This document shows positions 27,901-39,647 of a DNA stretch of 64,000 nt, in pieces. The DNA lies in contig JAYWIR010000028.1 in the NCBI GenBank assembly GCA_036172245.1, positions 1,302,001-1,366,000 of the forward strand. Reading direction: 5' to 3'. The position numbers were made by a program, and so were the translations under genes. The DNA is from Raillietiella orientalis (taxonomy: Eukaryota). Below the pieces are notes generated by a model. It made no database searches. It was not told the DNA's origin and saw only the letters and a program-made list of their open reading frames with translations. Numbering within the stretch: the first letter of the stretch is position 1; every line of letters starts with the position of its first letter.

Positions 27901-28150
27901 CGCAAACCGTCGGCCGCCAGTACGGTGGCGCTGCGGAACACGTCCAGGCAACGGCGGCAGCGCGTCCACCGGCAGGGCGTGGCGCCTGCAGCACTGCAGC
28001 GGCACGCAGCCGCTGCAGGCACGACCGCCGTGCACCTTCGACGCCTTCCTCGAGGATGATGCATTCGGCGACCGTAACCCGGAGGAGAGTCTCCCGTTCC
28101 CAAGCGCAGTGCGTCCGCGCTTTCGAAGTGCGCCGCTCTCCACTCCAACA
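24950..28150 (+). mobile_element. GC-shifted CR1-like LINE ORF2 relic, left-arm copy
   Basis: APE end GTALDSLVGTRPS (25403, cf. LDLxxTNxP). RT start TLLRKSLRKGGTP...VLPR (26568, cf. LFNxSLxxGxxP..PLPK). SGAAPASFLG (27165, cf. SGVPQGSxLG). C-terminal ILTACGRPIVFLSPP (27779, cf. YxAxVRPILEYxxP) and GTQPLQARP (cf. LGLQPLxxRR). Confidence 0.6.
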
Positions 28151-28629
28151 CCACAAGCGTTACGCCGGACCCTCGACCGCTGGCTCCTCCCGTGAAGAAG
28201 ACGGTCGCAGCGAACGCAGACGCCTTGAGCCGGCGCCGGCGTCTCCGACGGTCCCATTTCGCCTGGCGCGCGGCTCACCACGAGCAGACTGCGCTTCCGC
28301 ATGGGACATACGGCAGGCAGGAGGCATGCGGTTTCGCTCCATAGCGCCCACTGCTCGGTGCGAAGGGAGGCCGGCCGCAAACAGCGATTCTCCTTCTGCA
28401 GCGCCAATCGACCATCTGGCGTTCGCCACTCGGCCCTGCCCCCTTCGACCACAGCGGCCTTGGCGCGGATACGCGCCAATCCGGAAGACGCAACGCTTAT
28501 CCCGTTCGCGTTTTGCCCCGAACTCTTCCACGGGTACCGAAACTCCGCTGTCTCTTCCCCTGCGTCGTGCTGGAAGACGCTCCCCCCTGCTGTGGCGGGA
28601 GGAAACACGCCCTGAAGCAGTCCCCTGGG

Positions 28630-29500
28630 ATTGTCGTCGCACCCCGTGCCAGCGAACGCAGAAGCAGCGGTCCCTCCGCTTCCGTCCGCTGCCGTGTGGA
28701 GGCGCCTTCCGTCCGGGTACGTACCTGCATTTGCCACGTGTCCCCTCGTCCCGAAAGTAGCCAACCCTGGAGCTGAAGCTGCCTCGCGCAAAAGTGTGGC
28801 GCCCGGCGTCCATCGGACCGCTGACTCGCCCCCGGCAGGCGATCGCGCCCCGGGAGAACAAGGTGTATCTCAGGCCCGGACGATCACCTCGAGCACCAAC
28901 GTTCCTGCTAGGCAAACCTCACCTATCTGCGAAGAGCGGGATAGCTTCCTTCTCTTCGAGAGTACGGACACCTGCCCACCTTGGAAAGCAGCGTCGTTGA
29001 AACGAACGCGCAGAAGATGCCGGAATCAGCCGTCGGAAGGGAAGGAGATGGAGGGCGGCTGCGCAAGCTCCGAACCACCATTAGCGACTCGAAATAGGGG
29101 GGACCACTTTCTTCCCCTCCAACCCAGGTCCCCCGTCTAGACGAAGGACTAGCTCCCTGAACACGGTCTGCGCGTTACATCACCCGCTCCTAGGCGGTGG
29201 GAAACGTGGGTAGCGAACTTGGCAGACGAGAAAGGTGTCCCGAGGCACCGCGCGACGGCTCTGCCGCGACGAGCACCATCACGCGAGCGCAACTAAGAGC
29301 GCCTTTCTGCGGCGACGAAGAAACCACCGCAGCCCATCGGAGAACACCTCTTCGGAACAGGGACGCCATCTCCATCGTCATCCGCTCGTCTTCGTGACGG
29401 CGAGAGGACGCGGATATTCAGTCCGTGAGCCCTACCAAGGTGAAACCGGATCGGAACTTGAGCGGTGCGCCGTCCTCCCTCCTTCCACCTCCCAACTCGT
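28630..29500 (+). mobile_element. Further LINE RT fragment in the arm (mirror at about 53766-54636, minus strand)
   Basis: RLPSGYVP...PLVPK (28706, cf. SLxxGxVP..PxPK), VGSELG (cf. QGSxLG), FCGDE (cf. FADD) and SVSPTKVK (cf. LNPxKTK). Weak, manual. Confidence 0.4.
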
Positions 29501-30139
29501 GCCGAGATGGTTCGGCAAGGCGGGCGGTGACGCGAAGAAGCCCTGACTGTTTCCTCCCGCTCCCGCGCAAGTCGCCGTAGTCTCGTGTGAACCTTGGTCG
29601 TCGTCTATAGCGAGCGTTGCTCTACGAAAAAGCGCAGAGGTAGCCCTGAAGGGAAAGGATGGCGTTGCGGCTGCTGGCGTGCGGCGGCTCGGCCAGCGTC
29701 CAGACGACGGTCAGCGTACATCGCCGAAAGGACAGCCCGAGAAGTGAATCAGACGGAAACCGCCGCACCGGCTACGGTTTGGGCGGTGCATCACTCCCAC
29801 CTGGCAGGAGACTTTCCAGCTTCGCGCTCGAAAACGTTCGGGGAATCGGGAGAAGCCGCTGCCAGGCGACAGGGCAACGGCCCCTTCCGACCTGCTCGCC
29901 TGGCTGGCTGAGTGCTTGCAGCTGACGCGGAACCGGGAGCGTGCCAGGCTAGGGAAGCCACCGCCGGACACGTCCCCTATCTTCACGGTACGCGCGCGCG
30001 CTGTCCACCTCCCGCAGGGAGCAGAAAGCGCAAGCGCGGGAGGTACTCCCCGAGCTGGGCGACAGGGAACGGTGGGGCGAAGGAAGAAGCTTGCTCCGTT
30101 CTTTTCTGCTGCTGAACACGCCCAACCCGCGTGACCTTT

Positions 30140-30480
30140 AGCTGCTGGACTCCGCGGAGGGCGCGAGAAAATGCTCCTGAGGTCTCCCGTGCATGCACGC
30201 TGCGCTTGGGGCTACGCCGCCAGGCGTGGGAACTCCGTTTCCCAAGCGTCTCAACAAGAACGAGCAGTCGCGCAACTCTTGCTCGCTTCCCGGAACCCCA
30301 CCAAGAAGAAACGCATCCAAGCAACAAATCCGCACACTCCCAGAAGCGCCGCCTCCGCTGGACTTCGAGACGGTGGTCGCTGCCGCCACCGTCTCGAAGT
30401 GACGGATGTCGAGAGGCGTCGCGGATGCGCTCTGAAGGGAAGCGCAGGACGCAGGACCGACGAGCAGTGAAGAAACGGGA
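30140..30480 (-). mobile_element. Possible LINE RT N-terminal fragment (mirror at about 52786-53126, plus strand)
   Basis: VSKSSGGG...ICCLDAFLLGGVPGS resembles KAxGxDG...LFNxCLxxGxVP. Confidence 0.28.
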
Positions 30481-32316
30481 GCTTCGCAGACGGCGGAAAC
30501 CAAGCGTAGATTTTCGCCTGCAGACAGCCACCCTCCCGTGAAGCCCTGTGCTTTGCCTCTCGGGACGCCGCCGTGCAGCCGATTGCTCCTGGCCAAAGCC
30601 TCTGTGGCGAGCGGGACGCGCTGAGCCCTGCTTCGAGCGCGCCCCGCAGAAGCCGTGGGGCCTCCGTGTTCTCTCCGCTCCTCGGTTTCCCAGCAACGGG
30701 CGCGCGCGTTGCCTTTTCCGCAGGCGCCAATCCTCATCCCTCGTCCCAACCCGCAAGAGGAGCACGTCTTCCCGCTGACGTGCTCCCGAACCAGCCCCCG
30801 TTCTGCCCCATTCCTTTCCCCCGAGGTGCCCCAGGCAAACAGAAAGGGCAACCGCAATCCAGAAGGCTTCTCCGCATGACCGTGTGCATGCCGGACAGGA
30901 ACCGGTGGCGCGTGCGGGACAATCAAGAGTTGAGGCTCGCGACGGCCGCCTCCCGTTCCACCTGCAGCACGCGCCGCATCAGAAAGTCTCCCCATCGAAA
31001 CTGGGAACAACGTGGAGAGCGCGTGCTGCGTCACACGCGAGAGCTTCCCGCGGCCATGTGCCAAAGAATTGGAGAAGGTGCGTCGCGCCTGGCGCAGAAC
31101 CCGCTCGCATCCTTAGCGCCCAGAGACAACCGGAGGGGGGGGGGAAGAACCGAGCCAAGTGCCGCAGCACGCGCGTCTGACCGGTCTCCCGCCGAGGAAG
31201 CGGCCGCCAGGTAAAGGCCGGGACGCTCCGCGGGAGCGAAGAGGTATGCCTCGCCCCTGCGCACATCCTGCGGGTGCGATCTCATCAAGTGGAACGGAAA
31301 AGCAAGTCCGTCGCGTGCTGCCCGCTGCTCCCAGACGCCTTTTTGTTCCGCCTCACACGCAACGAAGGCAGCGCTCGACACCGTATCGCCCACAGAAGGC
31401 TCAGTGCGCTTCTTGTCCGGGGGCGGATGGGTGGATCCCAGGATGCACAGGAAGCCGTCCGAAGGCGACGTCCTCTCGTCCTGGGACGCCTTCGAAGAGT
31501 TTCATCCTACTCCTCCATCCTACTTTTCTCCTGCCTCGAGAGCGTGGTGTGCCGGCTGGGATGTTGCTCGACGCTCCTTCGCGTATCCGCTTGCGGACAG
31601 CGTTCGTCTGTGCATTCCCGCCAAAGGGACTTGCCGTGTCCCGATCCTATTCAGTGAAGGGACGAGTGTCCGCATCGGGGACGTAGCCAGCGGGCAGCGT
31701 ACGAGGATGAGGAAGGAAGCGTAAAAAGAGCTTCGACCCCACAACCCTCTTGCGGGAATCGCCGCGGCTGTCACCGGGTGACCTCCACGGTCTGTCCGAT
31801 AAGCGGAATTGCACGGGAGGAGCGCGCCGTCGGTTCTTGCGCGGCGTCTCTCGGAAGGCACGAGACTCGTCGTCCAGGCAACTCGTCTGCCTGCGACGCG
31901 TCTGCCTCCTTCCGCGGTTCCTCGCCTCGCAATTCAAAATCGCTACTTCCCCTCTCTCCCACGCGACCCCACCAGTGCTGTGGCACCGCGGAAGCCTCCT
32001 GTTCCTCCGAGAAGAGACCGCCGGCTGGCACCCATCCGACGGAACGTCGTCGTCGTCTGGTTTTCAGATCGCTTCCGAACCGTCGGCGGCTAAGGACGCG
32101 CCCCATCGGTCACGACAGGAGCAGCGACATCGTTCCCTGGGAACGCGTTTTCCTGCGCCGCGATCATCGAACGGCGGCGGTCGTGCGCAAGCGTTGCTCG
32201 CGCCTGCGTGCGCGAGAGGCGCAAAGCTGCGGTGACGGTGGGTGGAGATGCTGAAGCGGGCAAGGGCGGCAGCGAGCAAGCCGGCTCGAGTCGGGGCCGA
32301 GCTGCCGGCGCGGGAT

Positions 32317-35300
32317 GCCTCCGTCACGAAAGTTGCATCGGCATAGAAGAGCGCTCTTCCTTCCGATGGCGCTTCCCATCTCGTCAGCTGCCGACAGCCG
32401 AACCCGCGGGAAAGAAATCCGAGAAGCGACGGCGCGCATGAACCGAGGCGGAGGAGCGCGCCGCCACTGTGACCACGGACAGAAGCCCTCGGATGATTGG
32501 GTTTCGAGCAAGAGGATCGCACCGCACCAATCGCTGCACCGCAGCGCCTTCTCCATATCCTGCAGACCGAGCAATTCAAACACCGTCCCATGTCCAGCGA
32601 CCGCAGCAAGGGACATCCGCTCTCTCTGGTTGGGCCCGGCAACGCGCTGCCAACGACCCGATGACGGTAGATCGCTGCTGCGCCCTCGCTCGCACGAGGC
32701 GGCCCTTCCGTCATAACGCACCAGCATCGCCCCCGCAGCTGCCGTCACGTGGCTTCATCGGGCAGAATCCTTCAGTAGAAAGGACCGGGCGAGGAGGTGG
32801 CAGAGAGCCGGTGGACGACCGGCCACCACCTCGGCCTCCCGCGGCGCACGTTGAACGACTTGAACCTGTTCGGGAGCTCCTCTTCGAGATTGGGCGGCGG
32901 CGGATCTGCAAAGCCTGCCCTCTGCTGGCGCGCCTCCAGCGCTGCGTTCCCTTCTCCATCGATGAGATGCGCGCGCAGATGCACGCATTCGGTGCCGGGT
33001 ATTCGTGGCGCCTCTCGAGGCTGCGGGCGAGCGCTGGCGGCGGCATCCGTCCGTACCTGCCGCTGGAGTCCGCCGTCGGCAGCAAGCGGGAGATTGAAGT
33101 TTGGGGACGCGCGCCGCTGCCTCGCCTCCCTCTGGCATCTCTTTCGGTCGCCCTCGCAACTGCGCTTCTCAGTAGCGCATCCGACTAGCCTTTGCTTTCC
33201 GCGCAGCCGAACGCGGGAAAGTGGTGCTCGCCTCCGTCCGCGTTCTCCAGCTCTACGAGTAGGCGGTGCATCTCATCAGCCCATGGCGCCGTCGAGCGCG
33301 CCACCGGACAGGGAGAGCAATCGGTCGTCGCCTGTGCAAGAGGCGCGCTCCCCAAGCATCCCTGCGGCACGCCTTCCCCTTCGTGCGCTTCCACGACTGC
33401 CGACGGCCGCGGAAGCGGCTCAGCGTTGCCATCCGTCGGTTGGCAGGAGTTCCGCGACGTCGAGCTCCAGGACAACGCGTGTCGATCGCGCGCGCTGCGG
33501 TCGGAAGAAACTGTTAGAGCGCGGTCGCACGCACGGCGCGCTCCCGGTCCGTCAGCCTGCCGCCCGACGGGTGCGCTGCTGCCCGGCAGCCGGAAGTCGC
33601 CGCGGGGTAGCGGCTGCGCACTCCTCCCTCGCCCCGCGCCCGGCAGTCTTCGAAATCCGCGCGCCCGCCTCTCCGCAGCTTGAAGAGCGACGCTCTCGGC
33701 AGGGTTTGCTGGCAACAGGAAAGCGTCCCGGGAAAGCGCGCAGCGGCTTCCGAAGGTTGGCATCCCTGGACTCCATGGTAGTTGCACGGGGACGCCTTCG
33801 TCCGCGAAGGAGCTGCCGTTCAGCTGCGTCGTCCACCAGGCTTCCCTGCCCGGATGTTCGTTCCTCTTCCGCTGCGGCGCGGAACCGCTGGCACTGGTGA
33901 CCGGTCTCGCATGTACCAAGAAATTTTCCGCGCTTGCGCCGTCCCGTCTTCCACGGATCGTGAAAGGGATCGCCAACTGCTAGGCGACCGGTAAGCTCCT
34001 CGTGGCTCGCTCTTCCCGCAGTTGACCGCAAGAGAAAGGAGGGAGCAGGAGAGGGCGGTGGCGTCCGACCTGACGACGGCACGCACGCGCGATTCGCTCC
34101 TTTCGCCCGCCGCGCGCTCTGCTTCTCCGCTCCAAGTGGGCGCCGCTCGCTTGCAGACGCACGGGGCGTCCGCGGCTGTTGCGACCTCGCTTGAGCTCGG
34201 GCGCTGCCCTGCACGCCCACACGCTCGCCACCTTCTCGCCGTCGCCACGAGGGAGAGGCTTTTCCCTGTGCTCGTGAGCGCTTCGCGAGCTGCTCCTGGG
34301 ATCGAATGTCGCGCGAGCTGGAGGACACTTGTTCGGGGAAAGCCCAGGTGCTGTCCCCTGCAGCTGGAGCGGGCTTTCCCTAGCTGCGGCGCCACCGTCG
34401 GCGCTTTCCTGCACAGCAAAGGAAGGCAGATCGTCCGCACCGTTCCCGCCTGTGTCCGACTCGGGAACGGGGACGGATGCGGCGATCAATCGGCGCGCGC
34501 GCTTTTCCTGCCTGCCATCTTCGCTTGAATCGCGAGGGGTGGGGTGACGAAGCACCCTCCGCCAAGTGTCCAGGTCGGCCGCTTCCGAGCGGGGGCGGCC
34601 GGGGAGATGCGTGCAGCACGTTCGCGGCGATCCCTTGCTGCTGCCGGCAGCTCTTCTGCACCGACTCAGACGCCCTCCAAGCGCGCGCCCTGCCCGTCTT
34701 CCAGCCAGCTAGGCCGCTGTAGGCGACCCTCCAACCTGTAGGCGCGTCGCCGCCCCCGCCGGCCCGCGCTGCGCTTTCGTCCGGCGCTCCCGCGTGAGGT
34801 CGCTGCCCGTCCGCTTGCCCGCTCGTTCGGACGGACGAACGAGCGTCCTGGAAGCGCCGATTGCCGCAACCGTGTTCGCGTTCCAGAGATGCGTCCCACG
34901 TGTCTCGAGCTGCCCGTTCCCCGGTCCCGCGTGGTGATGCGTGCGCCTTCGTCTCCTTCGGACACGATCCTTCTTCCCAAAGGCTGCAGCGCTGTGAGTT
35001 ACGACGCTGGTGACTCGTGGTAGCGTAGGGAAGGGTGCGTAGACGATTGGCGCTGGAGTGCTCCCGGACGCCTCTGACGTGAGTAGGATGGCCAATCCTG
35101 TCCGGAAATCCAGGTCCTTCTCCCCGATGGTTTCTTCGCAGGCCGTGGAGAACGCGGGGTGGTACCGTGCTGCGGCGCGGGTGCCTGTCGGTGGCGCGCG
35201 CCCGCGCAGAACCGATTGCCGCCTTTCGACGTGCCGTCCGGGCGAAGAGCGGTGCTGGTAGACGGCAACCGGAGGTCGAGATCGGAAGTCGCCGGATCGG

Positions 35301-35767
35301 AGGGATGCGACCCGCGGCGGCGTGCGCTCGTGGCTTTCGGCTGGCGCAAGAAGCGCACGCCACGCTGCAGGTACGTCCTCTCAGGCGCTCAGTCGTGCAC
35401 AGTCCGCGGCGCTGCTCGCCGCCGTGCGATGTGGTCGATCCGGGAGTCCTACTCCGGGAGTGAAACTCGGTTGGAATCCAGGGTGCTCGGGTGCTGCGCT
35501 GGATGTCTCCCGAGGGAAGATTCGCTCCATCGCACGTGTCCCCGCCGTGTTGCCTTCTCGTCCTTGCGTGTTGAAAAGCACCCCCTCCCCTCGACGGAGT
35601 GACACTTGTTCCCCAATTTTCTTCTCTATCGTGGGTATTGCGGCGGCTTCCCGTGTTTTCCTCGAGCATCGGGCTCTTGCGATCTTTGCTGCTCGCACGG
35701 CCCGCGTGTTTTTCTCGGTGAGCTCCTCGTTCCGAGTCGGCTTGGTCGGAGCGGATGTTTCCTCCCT
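32317..35767 (-). mobile_element. Left-arm copy of the same CR1-like relic
   Basis: Mirror of 47500-50950. GVPQG at 33359-33373 and WADE at 33272-33283 (ORF 33185-33976). Confidence 0.7.
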
Positions 35768-36034
35768 GCATGATGGAAGGCCATGCTGCTTGGTGGCGTC
35801 GCTGGCATTTGCGGTGACGGACCTCATCGGAAAGGCTGCGCGTTTGCCGGCAGCAGCATCGCAGTGTGAGTGTTTTGGTTTCTCCCTGAACGACGGCATG
35901 CACTTTTCTGTATGCATGGTGTTGTCGCCGGGTGGAATTTTGTCCCGTGACGCACGTGCTCGGGCTGCATGGTCTCTGGGTGTCTGTCGATGTCTGAGCG
36001 AGTGCTCGAGGGGGGAAAACAGAGGTCCTGTTTG

Positions 36035-39000
36035 TCACACGAGAGCCTCCGAGAGCGTTTTCTGCGTCCCCTGTCGTGGGAGCGAGCTGCTGCTGGTACA
36101 GGACTCCTTCTTTCCCGGAGGTTGCACAGCTCCAGGGAAGATCATGCAGACGCAACGTTTACTCTTCGTGTTTGAGATGAGGCAGTCAGGAGACTTCCCG
36201 TTGGGTCGGAGGTGGTGCGGGACGGGATGCGCCTTCTTCGTCCAGGGGTCGGATGCCTTCGAATGAAAAAACACCGGGAAGCGTGAAACGTGTCCCGTTT
36301 TCCGTGAAGAAGAAGGTATTCCGGAAGAAGCCGGTGCAGACAGCAGGAAGATTCGTTCTTGTGTTGCGAGCCACGTGCTGCGAAAGTAGGCGATCCCGAT
36401 GTGCAGCGGTCCTGACTTCCCGTGTGCTGAGGGGGAGGAAGAAAAGAAAAGGAGCTTAGCGCTGTCGACGGCGGTTCTGCTACGCAAGGCATAACGAAAC
36501 GAACGCTTTCCAGTACGGGAAAAGGAACATCGATTGCAGACATATGGGGATGTGGATTCTGGAGAAAAGGAATGCAGCGGGAAGGAATGGGGAGAGCGAT
36601 GCGAACGAGTGGCTGTGGCCCCTTCGAAAGTGCACCTATCCGGGGCGCTTGGTCCTTCTCCCCTTCCGTTCCGTTCCGCTGAAAGGACCCGTCCGGGGTC
36701 GTCTTGTGCATCTGAGACGCGCCTGCTTCCGTACGAGCGGTGGAAGTGCAGCGGGACCACCCGCTGAAGCACGTGACCATTTCCGGAAGAGCTTTTCCCA
36801 CGTCGAATGTGGGGAAGAGAACTGCCTCTTCGCTGACCTGCAAAGGCCAGAGGGGTTGCTTCGTTGCTGTGGGAAGTGTACCTTAAGCGTAGGCTGATTC
36901 CTTCCAGTCGTTCCATGTTTCCCCAAAGAGTCGTACGCGTGCTCGAAGGGAGCGTTCGGAAGACCGTCCGTCTGCTAAACTTCGGATTCCGAGTGAAGGC
37001 GTTTGAGGTCTGAGGATATCGCTGATTTCGGTTCGCCTCTTCCGTCTCTTTGAAAGGCGAGGTCGTGACACCTGAGGTGATTTCGTATCCGTGATCTGTG
37101 CTGCTCTCCACAGCATCATATCCTGCAAGTATGTTGCTCCCGGCAGTGATCTCCAAGCTGCCGTGAAGAGTCTCTTTGACTTCTGTGCTCTGCCGTGGTT
37201 GCGTAGTCGCTCCAGATGCTTAGATACATAGTGAAAATAGAAAGAGAAGCAGAGTAGCAGGATGTCCGATCTTGAGAAAAGAGGAGCCTCTCTGCGGTTT
37301 TTACTGTTTGAAAATGGCGTATTTAGAATTTGAGGTTGTTGTGCATTAATGGTCGTGTACTGTGGTTGTTGATTTGCTGTGAGGAGGATCCGAGTTCGAG
37401 ACGTTTTTTGATTTTTGCTTTATCTAAGGTTTGTTTGTCTTTGTTTTTGGTTGCTGTATTTCCAGAAATAATGTTTGTGAAATGTGCTCAAATTTTAAAT
37501 CTTCCGCTGGCTGCTGCATTCCGTTTTCTCCTGTGCATCGAATTTTATTCGAAGCTCATGGAATGCTCTTTTTTCTTCTCATCATTCGCTTCTCTGGCTT
37601 TATATAAATGTGACTGGCAGAGTTCTTTTTTCTGGCAGAGTTCATTTGATTAACAGGAGTGCGGGATGCTGATTCTCTTCTTTATGAAGATGTGGGTTTG
37701 CCCTTATCATTTTTAACTCTCTCTCAGAGTTCATTTGTTTTGTGGTTCGCAGTTATGCACTCTTTGCTTGTTGGAACTGAGTGTTTATGTCTTTTGCGTC
37801 TGAGACTGCACCCCATGTTCCGCTGAATTTTTGTTCCATAAATGGATTATGAAAATGATGCTGTTTTTACGATGCATCTTGGACCGAAGAATGCAAGTGC
37901 GCTCGATTCCTGCAGTCGAAACGAAGGCTGACATTTGTCATTGAGATTTCTACTGTAAGTGAAGAAGAGTAGTTCGCGACGGCATTGAGGGCAGATTTCA
38001 TCATAAGAAGTTGATGGATGCGAATTGAGACGCTTGTTGGAGGTGTGGACGTTTTGCTCCCGCTTTCGTGGTTCGCTTCTTCAACCACCAAAGGTCATGT
38101 TGGCCACGTTCCTGTTTTGCTAGCGTGCTAACAAAATTCCTTGCTGTTTCCTGTGATTCACATGATCACAGCTCATCATCCTCGGAGACTGGTGCTGCAC
38201 CTTTTTACAAGTCTCACGAATAAATAGTCTGCTTATGGCGCAGAAAGAGGATTCTCTTTCTGCGCTTGAGGAATGGTGGAGCATATCTGGAATTATTATC
38301 GGGGAAATCGCAAGTGGATGTCGAGCGTTTCCAAACGTGGCCTGCGAAGAGCGAAAGCCTTTGTTTTGGAAGACATTGGCGAGCGGTGGGGTCTTCACCG
38401 GCAGATCGAGACCCCACAGGTTACAGAACATCCACTGAAATAAAGGAAACTGTTCTCTAAATCTAATAGGAAGTCTTTGGGCTTCTTCCGTGTACAAATA
38501 AGAAGTTTGGACCTGGCACAATAACTGAGAAGTTCAAATTATAGGTTCTATCTTAAAAATAGAGGGAAGAACATCTGTCTATACTCGTTGGGTCTCTATG
38601 GAAACAATGAAAATTCTCCAAGTGGATAAGTGAATCCATATTTAGAAATCACCGCGACTCATTTGAAATCCCTGTTCATTTAAAGAGAGACCCGAAGAAC
38701 CCTATAGGCTCCTTACATGATTTCCTTTCGTGAAGTGTGCGGATGGAACGATCCCAATTAGTGAAATGTTCATCTAAATGATGCAGTTCCTTCCAGTTGG
38801 GTTCACGAGAAATGACTTCATGGACCCAGAATATAAAGTTTTTTGTAGTCGGTTTTCTTGAGCGTTCGTTTTACGTGGTTTTGCAATTCAAGTCCTCCTC
38901 TCCAGATCTGAGTTTTCAACCTTGTTTTTATCCTTTGCATAACTGTCGGATGCTGCGTATCGGATGTCGATTTCAGCACCCTTCGGCATGAGGCTTCAGA

Positions 39001-39647
39001 GCAACCAGCAGCCGCCAATTCACAAGAAGACGAACAGCTCTTGCAGGCCGTCGTTGGAATGGAGCCTTCTTGGGTCTTCTTCGCTTTGCATTGCGTTCTC
39101 AAAATGAATGGCAGATGAGTTTCTGATGACGAAGGCAGAATGGACGCATCCCTGAATGCGTGCAGGAAGCAGCAACTTGCAACAGCCATCCCTGTCCCAT
39201 CATCGGAAAATTGCGAAATTGTGATTCTTCGAAGGACACCCACAACTTCACACGATGAAGGTGAAAATTCGTTTCCAGAGAACCTCAAAAGCTATAAGGA
39301 AAAAGTAAGGAGGAGCAGAGCAGCATCGTCTGGTCTCGCGATCACGGAATCCCTTCTTTCCTCTTCTGCAAACTTCTGCAAGACGTTCCCTCGTTCTGGA
39401 TGCTTGATGAAGATCTTCAAACCTCACAATCAAAGGATTGTGAGGTTTGAAGATCGGTCAACGCTGCCGCGAACTTCATGCCGTTTTTCTCAGCACGAGT
39501 TTTCTCCAATGGCACACCTCCAGTAAAGTCGATTGAGATGCAGCATCCATTAGAAAGTGAGGATTTGTTCAGTTGCTGCCTAGTGCAGATTACTGCATCG
39601 TCGTGATGAACATCATCCATGCAGCAGTTGCATGTGATTTTGGCCAT
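36035..39647 (-). mobile_element. Decayed CR1/L2-like LINE (PHD-like ORF1 start, APE, tether, RT) crossing from the spacer into the left arm
   Basis: Minus-strand motifs occur in canonical order: MAKITCNCCMDDVHHDDAVICT (PHD-like, from 39647); DSLIHLENFHCFHRD (APE-like, about 38590-38640); tether WGAVSDAKDIN (37783-37815) and LYKAREAND. Inside the arm follow RT-like YPQxxxxxxxxPKF, LPSSTR (cf. DPSNYR), AGQRRGSS (cf. FGFRxGxS), VVPLHFHRSYGS (cf. VFLDFSKAFDS) and TAVD (cf. YADD, 36464-36475). Manual alignment. Confidence 0.62.
39412..39455. repeat. Perfect 20-bp inverted repeat with a 4-nt loop
   Basis: gatcttcaaacctcacaatc-aaag-gattgtgaggtttgaagatc. Confidence 0.95.

Larger units (their letters stand above)
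19315..37264. repeat. Left arm of a giant inverted repeat (at least 17,950 bp; the true outer end is probably near 18.0-18.5 kb)
   Basis: Reverse complement of 46005-64000. Window end 64000 pairs with 19315 (cggtaatacctggccggg) and inner end 37264 pairs with 46005 (catcctgc). The ORF track is mirrored ORF for ORF. The 46-bp length difference is accounted for by 2-bp, 1-bp, 48-bp and 1-bp indels. Confidence 0.98.

Noticed and set aside
18173..37156. Arm as an endogenous GC-rich virus or giant DNA transposon (herpes-like, nimavirus-like or Polinton-like) with many genes
   Set aside because: No capsid, polB, terminase or transposase motifs were recognised, and there are no terminal repeats or TSD. 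The edges are gradual and cut through a LINE, and the recognisable motifs are retrotransposon relics in mixed orientations.
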